From assembly GCA_965203325.1 (NCBI GenBank), contig OZ241875.1, positions 3,360,001 through 3,424,000 of the forward strand: DNA of 64,000 nucleotides, read 5' to 3'. The DNA comes from a bacterium. GTDB lineage: Bacteria > UBA8248. Within the stretch, counting starts at the first letter, position 1; the number at the start of each line of letters is the position of its first letter. This document shows positions 9,101 through 16,398 of the stretch, one piece after another. Made by a program: the position numbers and the translations under genes. Below the pieces are notes generated by a model. That model searched no databases. It was not told the DNA's origin and saw only the letters and a list, made by a program, of their open reading frames with translations.

Positions 9101-11271
9101 TTCACGTGCGTCACCGCGTGCGGCACCGCCGCCGTGTAGTCCGTCACGCGCGGCGAGAAGCCCGGGCTCAGCGCCAGCGCGTCGTAGCTCGCATTCTCGC
9201 CCTGCGCCTTGGTGAGCGCCAGGCCCGTCAGCAGCAGGCCCTCCGGCGTGCCCGCGCCCTCCACCCAGGGGCTCACCAGCCTTCCGCCGGCGTTGCTCGC
9301 TCGCACCCGCACCCGGTAGCGCTGCAGGTTCCGGCCCCTGACCGTGTACGAGGTCGCCGTGGCATCGTTGTGGGGCCCGCTCGCGCGCTGGAGCGCCACC
9401 CAGCCCACGGCCTCGTCGACACCGCGCGCGCGGGCGTCCGCCGCGACGGCGGTCGAGGTGGTGTAGTCCACCCAGTAGGCCGTCACCGTCCCCACCGGCG
9501 GCGCCGTCCACGACAGGTCCAGCCTCCCGTCGCCCGGCGTCACCGTCAGGCCGGTCGGCGCCGCGGGCGCCAGCGCGGCCTCCACCGGCGCCGTCCAGAC
9601 GCCCGCGGACATGCCGTCGCGCTTCACCGAGCGGACCCGCACCAGGTAGGTCTCGCCGACGGCCAGGCCCGTGAAGGTGTGGCTCGTGCCCGTCACGTCC
9701 GTGTCGGTGTTCGGCCAGGCCGCGGCCGACTTCAGCTTGCTCTGCACCTCGTAGCGCACCACGTCCACGCCCGCCGGCGCCTTCCAGCGCGCCGTCAGCT
9801 CGCGGTCTCCCGGCCTCAGCGTCAGGCCCGACGGGACGTTCGAGCTCGGCGTGCCGGTGGCGAAGACGTAAGCGCCCTCCGGGCCCGCCGTGCGCAGGCG
9901 CACCCGGTACGCCCTGCCGTTGGTCAGGCCGGTAATCGTGTACGAGGTGTCGGTGTCGTCGACATCAGCAGACACGGCCACCCAGTGCGTGGCCGCGTTC
10001 GAGCCCGAGCTCGCCGCGGCGTCGGCGACCGCGCCGGCGCCCGTCCTCGGCGCCGAGGTGTAGTCCAGCTCGTAGCCCACGAAATCCCCGTCGGGCCGGG
10101 TCCAGGTTACGAGGAGCTGCGCATTGCCCGGCGTGACCGTCAGGTCGGGAAGGCCGAGCGCCTCCGGCGTGCCGGCGCCGAACGCCCAGGCGCCGTCGCC
10201 CCCGGCGCTCGTCGCCCGCACCCGCACCCGGTGGGCGGACCCGCTCGGCAATCTGCCAATCCTGTGCGAGGTCCTCGCGCCGTGACCGTTGCGGGACACC
10301 GCCACCCAGCCAGTCGCGCCGTTGGTGCCGGCCTGCACCGCCGCGTCGTTCGCGACCGTGTCCACGGTCGCCGACGTGTAGTGCACGTCGTAGCCCGTCA
10401 CCGTCCCCGGCGGCGCCGTCCACGACACGTCCAGCCGCGTCGGGCCCGGCGTGACGCGCAGACCCGTCGGCGCGGCCAGCGGCACCGCCGCGCCGTTGAC
10501 GCGGATTTTCATCGACCGACCACTAAATTCGGCGGTCCAGGTCGACGAAGCGGTCGGCGCGGCGGATCCGTTTCGAAAGTAGTTACCTGCGTTGGCGATG
10601 CTCCAGCCGGCGGCCGCTCCGCTGTCTTCCGCATCAGCGGCGTTATGCGTGAGCCTAAAGGTGGTGAGAGTCTCGGCAGTGGTGTAAACGACCACGTGGT
10701 ATTCGGTGCTCGCCGCGAGCGTGGTGCCTGCCGGCGCCGAAAAGGTGGAGGCCCTTGCGCCCGTCGGGAAGCTCGAGGGGACTGTCAGGTCCGCGAGCTT
10801 CGACCCGGGCTTGCCGCTGCTGGATGACCAAAGCTCCGCCTCGATCGTCGCAATCTGCTGCGCGGTCAGGGCGGCGGTAGTGACGTTCGTACGTATCTCG
10901 ATGCTTTCGAGGGTGTAGCCGCCGCCGTTGGCGCCTGTCGTGAAGCCTTGAGCGCGGGCGAATACTCTGGCCGTTTGCGGGTTATCTGCCCCCGTCTGCC
11001 CGATGTTGCTCACGAGCACGTCGGCGGAGGCCGGCGCGGCGGCGAACGGGGAGAGCAAGAACGCGCCGAGCAGCAGCGCGAGGACGGGAAGGAGGAGGGA
11101 GAGGCGGCGGGCGCGGGGGCGCCCGGAGCGCGGCTCAGGCTTGCGCCTGGAACCTGGCCGGGAATGCGGGACGCCGTTCGGGCCGCTCGTGCCGCCCTTT
11201 TCTTCGGATGACGGATGACGGACCATGCCGCCCCCGGTTGCAAGCCTCTCCATGCGATGTCTCATTTTCAT
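6184..11271 (-). CDS. Autotransporter adhesin: extended signal peptide, choice-of-anchor R-like domain, ~5 FN3 repeats, cadherin-like beta-sandwich, Calx-beta, Gly linker, 2 putative Ig (He_PIG) repeats, C-terminal beta-barrel
   Basis: Signal ending AAAPASA/DVLVSN; repeated 'APTGL.VTPG...L.VSWTAP....GYDV.Y'; FSPRVTDYTAAV; VAEGSSVTVT...DDETFTV; 'PSFG.AAV..Q' x2; barrel starting WAVWGRGD and ending in Phe. Start codon uncertain. Confidence 0.9.
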   Translation of the reverse strand: MKMRHRMERLATGGGMVRHPSSEEKGGTSGPNGVPHSRPGSRRKPEPRSGRPRARRLSLLLPVLALLLGAFLLSPFAAAPASADVLVSNIGQTGADNPQTARVFARAQGFTTGANGGGYTLESIEIRTNVTTAALTAQQIATIEAELWSSSSGKPGSKLADLTVPSSFPTGARASTFSAPAGTTLAASTEYHVVVYTTAETLTTFRLTHNAADAEDSGAAAGWSIANAGNYFRNGSAAPTASSTWTAEFSGRSMKIRVNGAAVPLAAPTGLRVTPGPTRLDVSWTAPPGTVTGYDVHYTSATVDTVANDAAVQAGTNGATGWVAVSRNGHGARTSHRIGRLPSGSAHRVRVRATSAGGDGAWAFGAGTPEALGLPDLTVTPGNAQLLVTWTRPDGDFVGYELDYTSAPRTGAGAVADAAASSGSNAATHWVAVSADVDDTDTSYTITGLTNGRAYRVRLRTAGPEGAYVFATGTPSSNVPSGLTLRPGDRELTARWKAPAGVDVVRYEVQSKLKSAAAWPNTDTDVTGTSHTFTGLAVGETYLVRVRSVKRDGMSAGVWTAPVEAALAPAAPTGLTVTPGDGRLDLSWTAPPVGTVTAYWVDYTTSTAVAADARARGVDEAVGWVALQRASGPHNDATATSYTVRGRNLQRYRVRVRASNAGGRLVSPWVEGAGTPEGLLLTGLALTKAQGENASYDALALSPGFSPRVTDYTAAVPHAVTHVKARPTVGVLGGYVLSVGKRGAAAVSLTSGDTSGAIALDAGANAIEVVASSTLGQGANTTWTVTVTRHAQNAPAAPAGLTVTPGDGRLDLAWTAPSGTLTGYDVHYTASNTVAAGAAVGTNVATEWVAVSRSGTAASQAITGLDDGTTYRVRVRAENASGKGFWAHATGTTEGAVATLDTTTPTVTLSASPTVAEGSSVTVTATLSAALSNSVTIPLTITDGTAEPEDHGTLTGITIASGATNGTGTITTAQDSDTDDETFTVALGTLPSEVTAGSPRSVQITIRDDDRGGGGGNVGGGGGNVGGGGGGGGAPDLTPSFGSAAVAAQSYKQNTAITALTLPAARGGDGTLTYRLTPEPPSGLALDLGARTLSGTPDTPQGPVRYTWTVRDADGDEAALTFTVEVEENLMPSFGDAAVADQSWTAGTAIAALALPAATGGDGTLTYRLAPSPPPGLSLDGATRRLTGTPSRSQGSRRYTWTVRDADGDEAALTFVVAVAADPRRAAVEGAVRRALAAVARRATASALDNIGGRFADIGASGVTLAGQAVSLDGSAAAYALRDCAPERYAAAGLVPALGCTESRALAASDLFGASAFSVRLASAEDAGPAGPQWAVWGRGDLGTFAGGGETGLRYDGKLRTGWLGVDGRSDPWVAGLAVSRGTGEADYSFAGGALTGRGRLETTLTAVYPYGRWTLADGLELRAVAGAGWGEARHEPGDADAETGDLTMRMASVGVRRALGGLAGAALAVRADASVTQMETDDGPDAIHGLSADSWRLRAGLEASRRFALAGESSLEPFLEAAVRHDGGDGLEGSGFELAGGVRYAAPGISVEMRGRWLAAHSEEGAEERGVSLTVRAGPGAGGRGLFFALAPRWGAGTGGARALWAEEMPNPAASGDDGALDAQVGYGFGTASGGVLTPFAEAGLAGGESRRLRLGARYEARGADLRVELAGERRESAVSEPEHELGLDLSLRF
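7615..8160 (-). repeat. Two tandem near-identical Ig-domain coding repeats (~280 bp each) in the autotransporter
   Basis: GGCGGTAGGTCAGCGTCCCGTCGCCGCCC..GCCGCCGGAAGCG.CAGCGCCG.GATCGCCGTG occurs at ~7767 and ~8046; GAAGGTGAGCGCCGC.TCGTC at ~7627 and ~7906. Confidence 0.85.
8172..8240 (-). repeat. 21-bp tandem repeat encoding a GGGGGNV x2 plus poly-Gly linker
   Basis: CCGCCTACATTGCCGCC occurs twice at 21-nt spacing. Confidence 0.8.
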
Positions 11272-11525
11272 TTTCCGGGTCCTTCCCTCTGGTGGAATCC
11301 TCAGAGCCGAACAAAGATGCGAATCCGCCTGATATTCGCCATGCTTCCGCCGGGGACCGCCCGGCGGACGTGCCGGGCGACCCCCTGGAGGAAACCGCTA
11401 CTGCCGGTTCGCCGTATCCCGGGCAGCTCGAAATACGGTAGACTTGCGGACTCGCAGTCCGGGCCGGTGGTTCCGCGAGACAAGAATCCCTGCGGTATGC
11501 GCCCACCTCGAACCCGGGCTGGTGT

Positions 11526-11545
11526 CCGCTAATTGCCGTTATTGG
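11526..11545. promoter_or_regulatory. Degenerate copy of the CCGATAAT-N4-ATTATCGG palindrome (recombinase-binding or operator site)
   Basis: CCGCTAATTGCCGTTATTGG matches the reverse complement of 11705-11724 at 17/20 positions. Confidence 0.6.
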
Positions 11546-11674
11546 CCCCCAGAAGCCTTGTTTTCCGCCGAAAAACCCGTTTCGGGGGGCATTCGGGCCG
11601 CAAATGAGCGAAAGGTGAGCGAAAAAAGGCGCAAAACGGCGCCCGAAACCCCTCCGGGGACCCCGGAATTGCGC

Positions 11675-11702
11675 TTGACATGGCCGTGAGAGGTGTTAAA
11701 TT
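11675..11702 (+). promoter_or_regulatory. sigma70 promoter facing the integrase remnant
   Basis: TTGACA (11675-80), 16 bp, then TAAATT (11697-702) with extended -10 TG. Confidence 0.7.
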
Positions 11703-11703
11703 T

Positions 11704-11725
11704 TCCGATAATGGCAATTATCGGA
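11704..11725. promoter_or_regulatory. Perfect palindrome TCCGATAAT-GGCA-ATTATCGGA; tyrosine-recombinase core-type site or operator overlapping the transcription start
   Basis: 9-bp perfect arms directly after the -10 box; TAA-N6-TTA geometry. Confidence 0.7.
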
Positions 11726-11839
11726 CTCCAGAAACCCGCCGTTTCGCCGGTATTCCCCTGCGAAACGGCTTTTTTTGTGGAAATTCCCCGTCGTCGTCCA
11801 TACTTGGCAATCGAGGAGGCGCTCGGGCGGCCTCAAGCA

Positions 11840-12065
11840 ATGGAAACGGCCGCCGACCTGGAAGGGTGGTTTCTCGGCATGACGACGGGGGCAAGACCAT
11901 CCGACCCGACGCTCAGGGGATTCGAGCGCTCGGGAAACCCCGAGACCGACGCCGGGATAGCGGCGTACCTGGGGGATCTCTACGAGGGGGGGCACTCGGC
12001 GGCCGTGGCCGCAATGGCGAGCCTGCGCTACGGGCGGTGAGGTTCGCCCGGCGCTTCGTCGTGAG
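11840..12065 (+). pseudogene. Frameshifted, truncated N-terminal (core-binding) fragment of a Cre-like tyrosine recombinase
   Basis: ...PETDAGIAAYLGDLYEGGHSAAVAAMA stops at 12040, while the adjacent frame continues ALRAVRFARRF. Joined, they give the 'D..IAAYL..L...G.S.A.A.MA.AAVRF' helix pattern of integrase N-terminal domains. No catalytic R-H-x-x-R-Y domain follows. Confidence 0.5.
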
Positions 12066-12128
12066 CATGTCCTTCGCTCCGGGCAGGTCCGCCGCGTGCA
12101 GGACGCCCGTCTTCTCCCGAATATCTCT

Positions 12129-12848
12129 CTACCGCCTCTTCCTCATCCGGGCGGCTCTCTCCTCGGACGTGGAGGTCCACCTCCGCGCGGAGGCCCACTT
12201 CTCGAGGTCTTCGAGCAGGTAGCGCACCCGGTATCCGATGCGAAGAAAATCAGGCCCCTCTCCGCTCACGCGGTAGCGCTCGAGCGTCTTGGGCGAGAGG
12301 CCGAGCCAGGCGGCCGCCTCCCGCGTGTCCAGGTGGTTCTCCTCCGCGCGCTCATCGGCGTCTCCCGCGGCGCCGGGTTCCCCGGCGGCGTCCCACGTCC
12401 CGTCGAACGGGTCGGGCAAGTCCGCGAGCCTCTCGCGTATGGCGCGGACCTCTTCTCCCGTCGCGTTGGCCGCCATCCAGGCGCGCACCCGGTCGAAGGT
12501 CTTGAGATACGGCGAGGCGCCCCGGCGCAGCCTCCCCACGAAGGAGGGATTCCCCACGGCCTCCTCGCCCAGGATCGAGACCTTGGTCCCGCTCACCGCG
12601 AGAAACGCCTCGACCTCGGCCCGCAGGAGCGGTCCCAGGGGCGGATACCCCATGAACGCCAGCACCCGGTCCGCCGTGTCGACCCGCAGGGGCCGCCCCC
12701 GGGCGTGCAGTCCCACGAAGCCGGGAACCCCCAGCGCGCCCACCCCGAAGCGCCTCGCGCTCATCCCGCGGCGCGCGCGCCAGAGCGCAATGCTCCGGCG
12801 CAGCCGCTCGTCCAGCGGGGTGCCGGTATCGTCGTCGAACGCGGTCAT
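12129..12848 (-). CDS. DNA-binding protein: two tandem Cro-like helical domains plus C-terminal excisionase/AlpA-like HTH_17 domain
   Basis: Internal repeat (GMSARRFG..ALG.PGFV....RGR..R.DTADRV..FM / GTKVSILG..AVGNPSFV.RLRRGASP.LKTFDRV..WM), then LDTREAAAWLGLSPKTLERYRVSGEGPDFLRIGYRVRY. Confidence 0.8.
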   Translation of the reverse strand: MTAFDDDTGTPLDERLRRSIALWRARRGMSARRFGVGALGVPGFVGLHARGRPLRVDTADRVLAFMGYPPLGPLLRAEVEAFLAVSGTKVSILGEEAVGNPSFVGRLRRGASPYLKTFDRVRAWMAANATGEEVRAIRERLADLPDPFDGTWDAAGEPGAAGDADERAEENHLDTREAAAWLGLSPKTLERYRVSGEGPDFLRIGYRVRYLLEDLEKWASARRWTSTSEERAARMRKRR

Positions 12849-13324
12849 GGCGCGCGAACATAAGGAAAGAACGAGCGCCCGTTCAATCGTTGTTTCTAGC
12901 GCGGAAGGTACACCCGGGAAGAGTCCGCGACCGCTCCCGCGAGCGGGTCGCTCATCGGTTCAGCCTGAAATCACGGGGTTTCCCGGAAAACGAGGGTCGC
13001 CGGAGAACGTGCAGCGAGGCGCTGCGGAAAAAAAGGAAGGACGCCGCCTCCCGGGCGAGAGCTCGAAAGCCTCTTTCGTTCACGCCGCGGCGCCCGGCGA
13101 GTTGCATCTCGACCGGAGAAGCCCCTGCTGCGGCAAGGCGCTGCGCGCTGCCCGTGCGCAGGTCGAAACGGCGCCGATTCCCTTGTTTCATTCGTTTCTA
13201 TCGTATCGTATGCTGATGTTCCGGGTCGTCCGCCAAATACAATACGGCCAAGCCGAAATAGGCGGACATTCCTTCGTGGATTGTATGCCAACGGCCCGGA
13301 TTCTGGAGGGCATATAAAATATTC

Positions 13325-13367
13325 GGCCGGGTAGGCGGGGCGCAGCAATGCCTCCGCCTACCCGGCC
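13325..13367. other. 14-bp perfect hairpin (GGCCGGGTAGGCGG / CCGCCTACCCGGCC)
   Basis: Exact inverted repeat in intergenic DNA near the cassette boundary. Confidence 0.6.
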
Positions 13368-13468
13368 CACGGATACCCGACACGGATTCGCCGGAGTGCG
13401 CGGCAGTTTTAGTCAATCCGCTTTCGTTTTGATTACATAGCTGAAAATGCAGATTTGAGAAAGATTCG

Positions 13469-13503
13469 AAAAAATAAATATATATAATGTTATCAATAGG
13501 TTA
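13469..13503 (+). promoter_or_regulatory. IHF-type binding site with upstream A/T tract
   Basis: TATCAATAGGTTA (13491-13503) matches WATCAANNNNTTR exactly and lies in an AT-rich patch. Confidence 0.55.
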
Positions 13504-13723
13504 CAATAATTTAACGGACGATGAAAATTGCTTGAATATCAAAAGGGGGGGTAGGGGGGGTTGCCTTTCAGGTCAAGGGGGGAGTGAATCCCTTCTCTAC
13601 TCGGTCGCGATTGACCCCCGAAGCGCGCCGGCCCGCAACGCTTGGGACGGCTCGGCATTCCGCGGGCGGTGTACTAGAATGGGCGGACGCCACCTCTTTA
13701 TATACCTCTCTGATGGAGACGAC

Positions 13724-15430
13724 ATGTCCGTTCGCGAATCCGTAGACGCCGATTCCCTGTGGAAAAACCTGGAAGACCTCTGCCGCTGGGAGCGCTACAC
13801 CGGCACCGAGGGCGAGAACGAGGCCGTGCGCTACGTCGAGGCGGAACTCACCGCGCTCGGGATAGACGTGGCCGTCCACGCGTTCGATTCCCTCATCAGC
13901 ATCCCCGGCGAGACGACGCTCGAAGTGCCCGGAGAAGGGGGCGGGACGATCCGCGCCATCAGCGCGGTGTTCGGCGCATCCACGGGAGCGGCGGGCGTGC
14001 GCGGCCAGGCGGTCCATGTCGGCGAAGCCGGCCCGCCCGACACGCCGTTCACCGATCCTCTCTATACGGGCGCAACCGGCGAGGCCCCCGTGGCGGGGCG
14101 CGTCGTCGTGGCCGAGGGGATGGTGAGCCCCGGCCGGTTTTATTATTTCGAGCGGCGCGGCGCGGTCGCGCAGGTCTACGTCAACCACGGCAACGCGCAC
14201 GAGCTGACCGTCTCCACCATCTGGGGTGCGCCGACGCCCGAGAGCATCGCGCGGCTGCCCGGGACGCCCGTCGTCACCCTCTCGCGCGGGCAGGGCGCTG
14301 CGCTTCTGGAGCGGTTAAAGAGGAGGGAGGAGGTCGAGCTGCTCATCCGCGTGGAGATGGACACCGCCTGGCGGGAGACCCTGATGCCGGTCGCCACCAT
14401 CGCGCCCGGTAGCGGGGCCGGGGATTACGTCCTCGTCGGCGGGCACATCGACTCCTGGCACATCGGTGCGAACGACAACGCGGCGGGCGACGCGACCCTG
14501 ATGGAGCTTGCGCGCGTCGCGCACGGGAGGCGGGGCGAGCTTGCGCGCGGCCTTAAACTAGCCTGGTGGAACGGGCACTCGCACGGGCGCTTCTCGGGCT
14601 CCACCTGGTACGCGGACCACATGTTTCACGAGCTGCGCCGGAACTGCGTCGCGTACTTGAACATCGACCAGCCCGGCTGCGTGGGTGCCACGCTCTACCG
14701 CCCGTTCTGCACGGCGGACGTGCGCGACTGGGTGCGGGACGCCCTCGCGCGTCTGGGGGGTCAGGATACCGAGCCGGATCACCCCCGCAAGATGGCCGAC
14801 CAGTCGATGTGGGGGGTGGGCGTGCCCTCGTTCTCCTTCCTGCCCGTCCTCCCGCCCGGCCACCCCGACTTGCGGAAGGATCACCCCGGCGACGGCTTCC
14901 CGGAGTACTGGCACCACCCCGCCGACACGCTGGACAAGATGGACAAGGACCTCCTCGCCGAGCACTGCCGCCTCTATGCGGACGCGCTCCACGAACTCTG
15001 CGCGCTCGAGCGCGCCCCGCTCAACCCCGCCGCGACGGCCGCCGTCGTGAATGAGGAGATAGAGCGGCTGGAATCGCTCGCAGGCGAAGCCGTGGACCTG
15101 GGCGATCTGAAAGAGGCGGGGGCGCGCTTCGCCCGCGCGTGCGCGGCGCTTGATGCGAAGCTGGATGGCATGGACGCCGCGGCCGCCAACCGCGCGCTGC
15201 TCGACATGAGCCACGCGGTCAATCCCGTGCTCTACACGCTGGCGGGGCCGTTCGACCACGACCCGGCGAGCGGCGCGTTCCGGATGCCGGGGCTTCAGTG
15301 CATCGCCCACTACGCCGAACGCGGGCCTGCGAGCGATGCGGGCAAGGTCATCTACACGCGCGTCCTGCGCGAGAAGAACCGCGTCGTCGCCGGCCTCGCC
15401 GCCGCCAGCGCCATCGCGGAGGGGGTATAG
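13724..15430 (+). CDS. M28-family metallopeptidase-like protein with PA domain
   Basis: GGAG RBS and ATG at 13724; GGHIDSW..GANDNAAG, YLNID, YWHHPADT motifs. Confidence 0.85.
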   Translation: MSVRESVDADSLWKNLEDLCRWERYTGTEGENEAVRYVEAELTALGIDVAVHAFDSLISIPGETTLEVPGEGGGTIRAISAVFGASTGAAGVRGQAVHVGEAGPPDTPFTDPLYTGATGEAPVAGRVVVAEGMVSPGRFYYFERRGAVAQVYVNHGNAHELTVSTIWGAPTPESIARLPGTPVVTLSRGQGAALLERLKRREEVELLIRVEMDTAWRETLMPVATIAPGSGAGDYVLVGGHIDSWHIGANDNAAGDATLMELARVAHGRRGELARGLKLAWWNGHSHGRFSGSTWYADHMFHELRRNCVAYLNIDQPGCVGATLYRPFCTADVRDWVRDALARLGGQDTEPDHPRKMADQSMWGVGVPSFSFLPVLPPGHPDLRKDHPGDGFPEYWHHPADTLDKMDKDLLAEHCRLYADALHELCALERAPLNPAATAAVVNEEIERLESLAGEAVDLGDLKEAGARFARACAALDAKLDGMDAAAANRALLDMSHAVNPVLYTLAGPFDHDPASGAFRMPGLQCIAHYAERGPASDAGKVIYTRVLREKNRVVAGLAAASAIAEGV

Positions 15431-15444
15431 ATTCCCGCGCCTTC

Positions 15445-15760
15445 GGGGGTATTGAAAAAAGCCCGAGGAGAGAGGAATCAACTCCCCCCTTGAGGGGGAG
15501 TCACAGAGGCCGAGTCCTCTGGACGAAGGCCGATGTGGTGGGGGGACATGTCACAGAAAAACTCCCCCCACCGATTCGCTTGCGGGCTTACGCCCTTACC
15601 TCATCGACTCCCCCTCAAGGGGGGAGTTGATTGTTCTTCTCCTTGGTCGGGGCATTGCTCTTTCATGCCCCCCTGTTAAGGGGGGGTAGGGGGGGTTGGT
15701 TTTTCGGTCGAGCGGGGCGTCCCCTCCATCCCCGAAAAGGGGACTTCTTCAACAACCCCC
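15445..15760. mobile_element. MITE-like composite repeat A: IS-like terminal inverted repeats enclosing CTCCCCCTTGAGGGGGAG hairpins
   Basis: Left end GGGGGTATTGAAAAAAGCCC, right end GGACTTCTTCAACAACCCCC. The internal ~150-bp unit is shared with element B. Confidence 0.7.
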
Positions 15761-16336
15761 TCACGCAAGGTCCGCGAAAGGCCCCGGGTCCGCATCCAGT
15801 CCCAGATAGCTCGTCCGTATGTGGTTCCACAGGGCGAGCTTTCCCCAGTCGGGGGATTCGAGGACGCGGTAGCGCGCGTCGAAATAGGGGTTGGGGAGGT
15901 AGAAGGTCGTCATCTGCTCGTCGCGCCCGTTCATGAGCGCGAGTGAGTAGCTCACCGGCGCGTGGCCCGCGACGGGGGGGTTCTGGTAGATGCGGAGCAG
16001 CGTCGCCCGCGCGCACCTGCGCCACCGCGCCAGCTCGGGCGGGCAGGGGTGCCGCGCGTCGCCTAGGTGTTCGCCGATGCACAGGTGGAAGTGCCAGTCG
16101 CCGAGGTCGACGGTGAGGTAGCCGTCCAGGTAGCTGATCTTGCGCGGCGGGGCCTTCACGCGGCACTCGAATACGGCCCCCTGGATGCAGGGGCCGAAGA
16201 CGAGCGATTCGTAGTGGTTCTCGAACAGGTCGCGCAGGAGGGTTTCCAGGAGTTCGCGCGTGGGCCGGAACTCCCAGACGGATTGACTGCTCCCGTCCGC
16301 GCCTGTCTCTTCGCGGTACTCCACGTCCGCCTTCAT
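15761..16336 (-). CDS. Uncharacterised protein, possibly HemS/ChuX-like fold; last gene of the cobalamin uptake operon
   Basis: Co-oriented after tonB. GAVFE...YLTVDLGDWHFHLCIGEH...SYSLALMNGRDEQM is reminiscent of ChuX/HutX. Confidence 0.7.
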   Translation of the reverse strand: MKADVEYREETGADGSSQSVWEFRPTRELLETLLRDLFENHYESLVFGPCIQGAVFECRVKAPPRKISYLDGYLTVDLGDWHFHLCIGEHLGDARHPCPPELARWRRCARATLLRIYQNPPVAGHAPVSYSLALMNGRDEQMTTFYLPNPYFDARYRVLESPDWGKLALWNHIRTSYLGLDADPGPFADLA

Positions 16337-16398
16337 GCCGCTACCCCGTTTGCGAACCGCGCCGCCCCTGTGGCGAGGGCCGGGCGGCTCTCGAAGCG

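Noticed and set aside
8620..10480. Diversity-generating retroelement TR/VR pair
   Set aside because: The repeats are in-frame FN3 modules, the differences are not adenine-specific as far as I can see, and there is no reverse transcriptase in the window.
5049..10827. Long Arg/Ala-rich ORFs (5049-6200, 6007-7737, 8419-10827 and others)
   Set aside because: Antisense or off-frame shadows of very GC-rich genes with no recognisable motifs.
11693..11728. Chromosomal dif site
   Set aside because: It has TAA-N6-TTA geometry, but both arms are the same palindrome and the XerD arm TTATGTTAAAT is absent in the right position.
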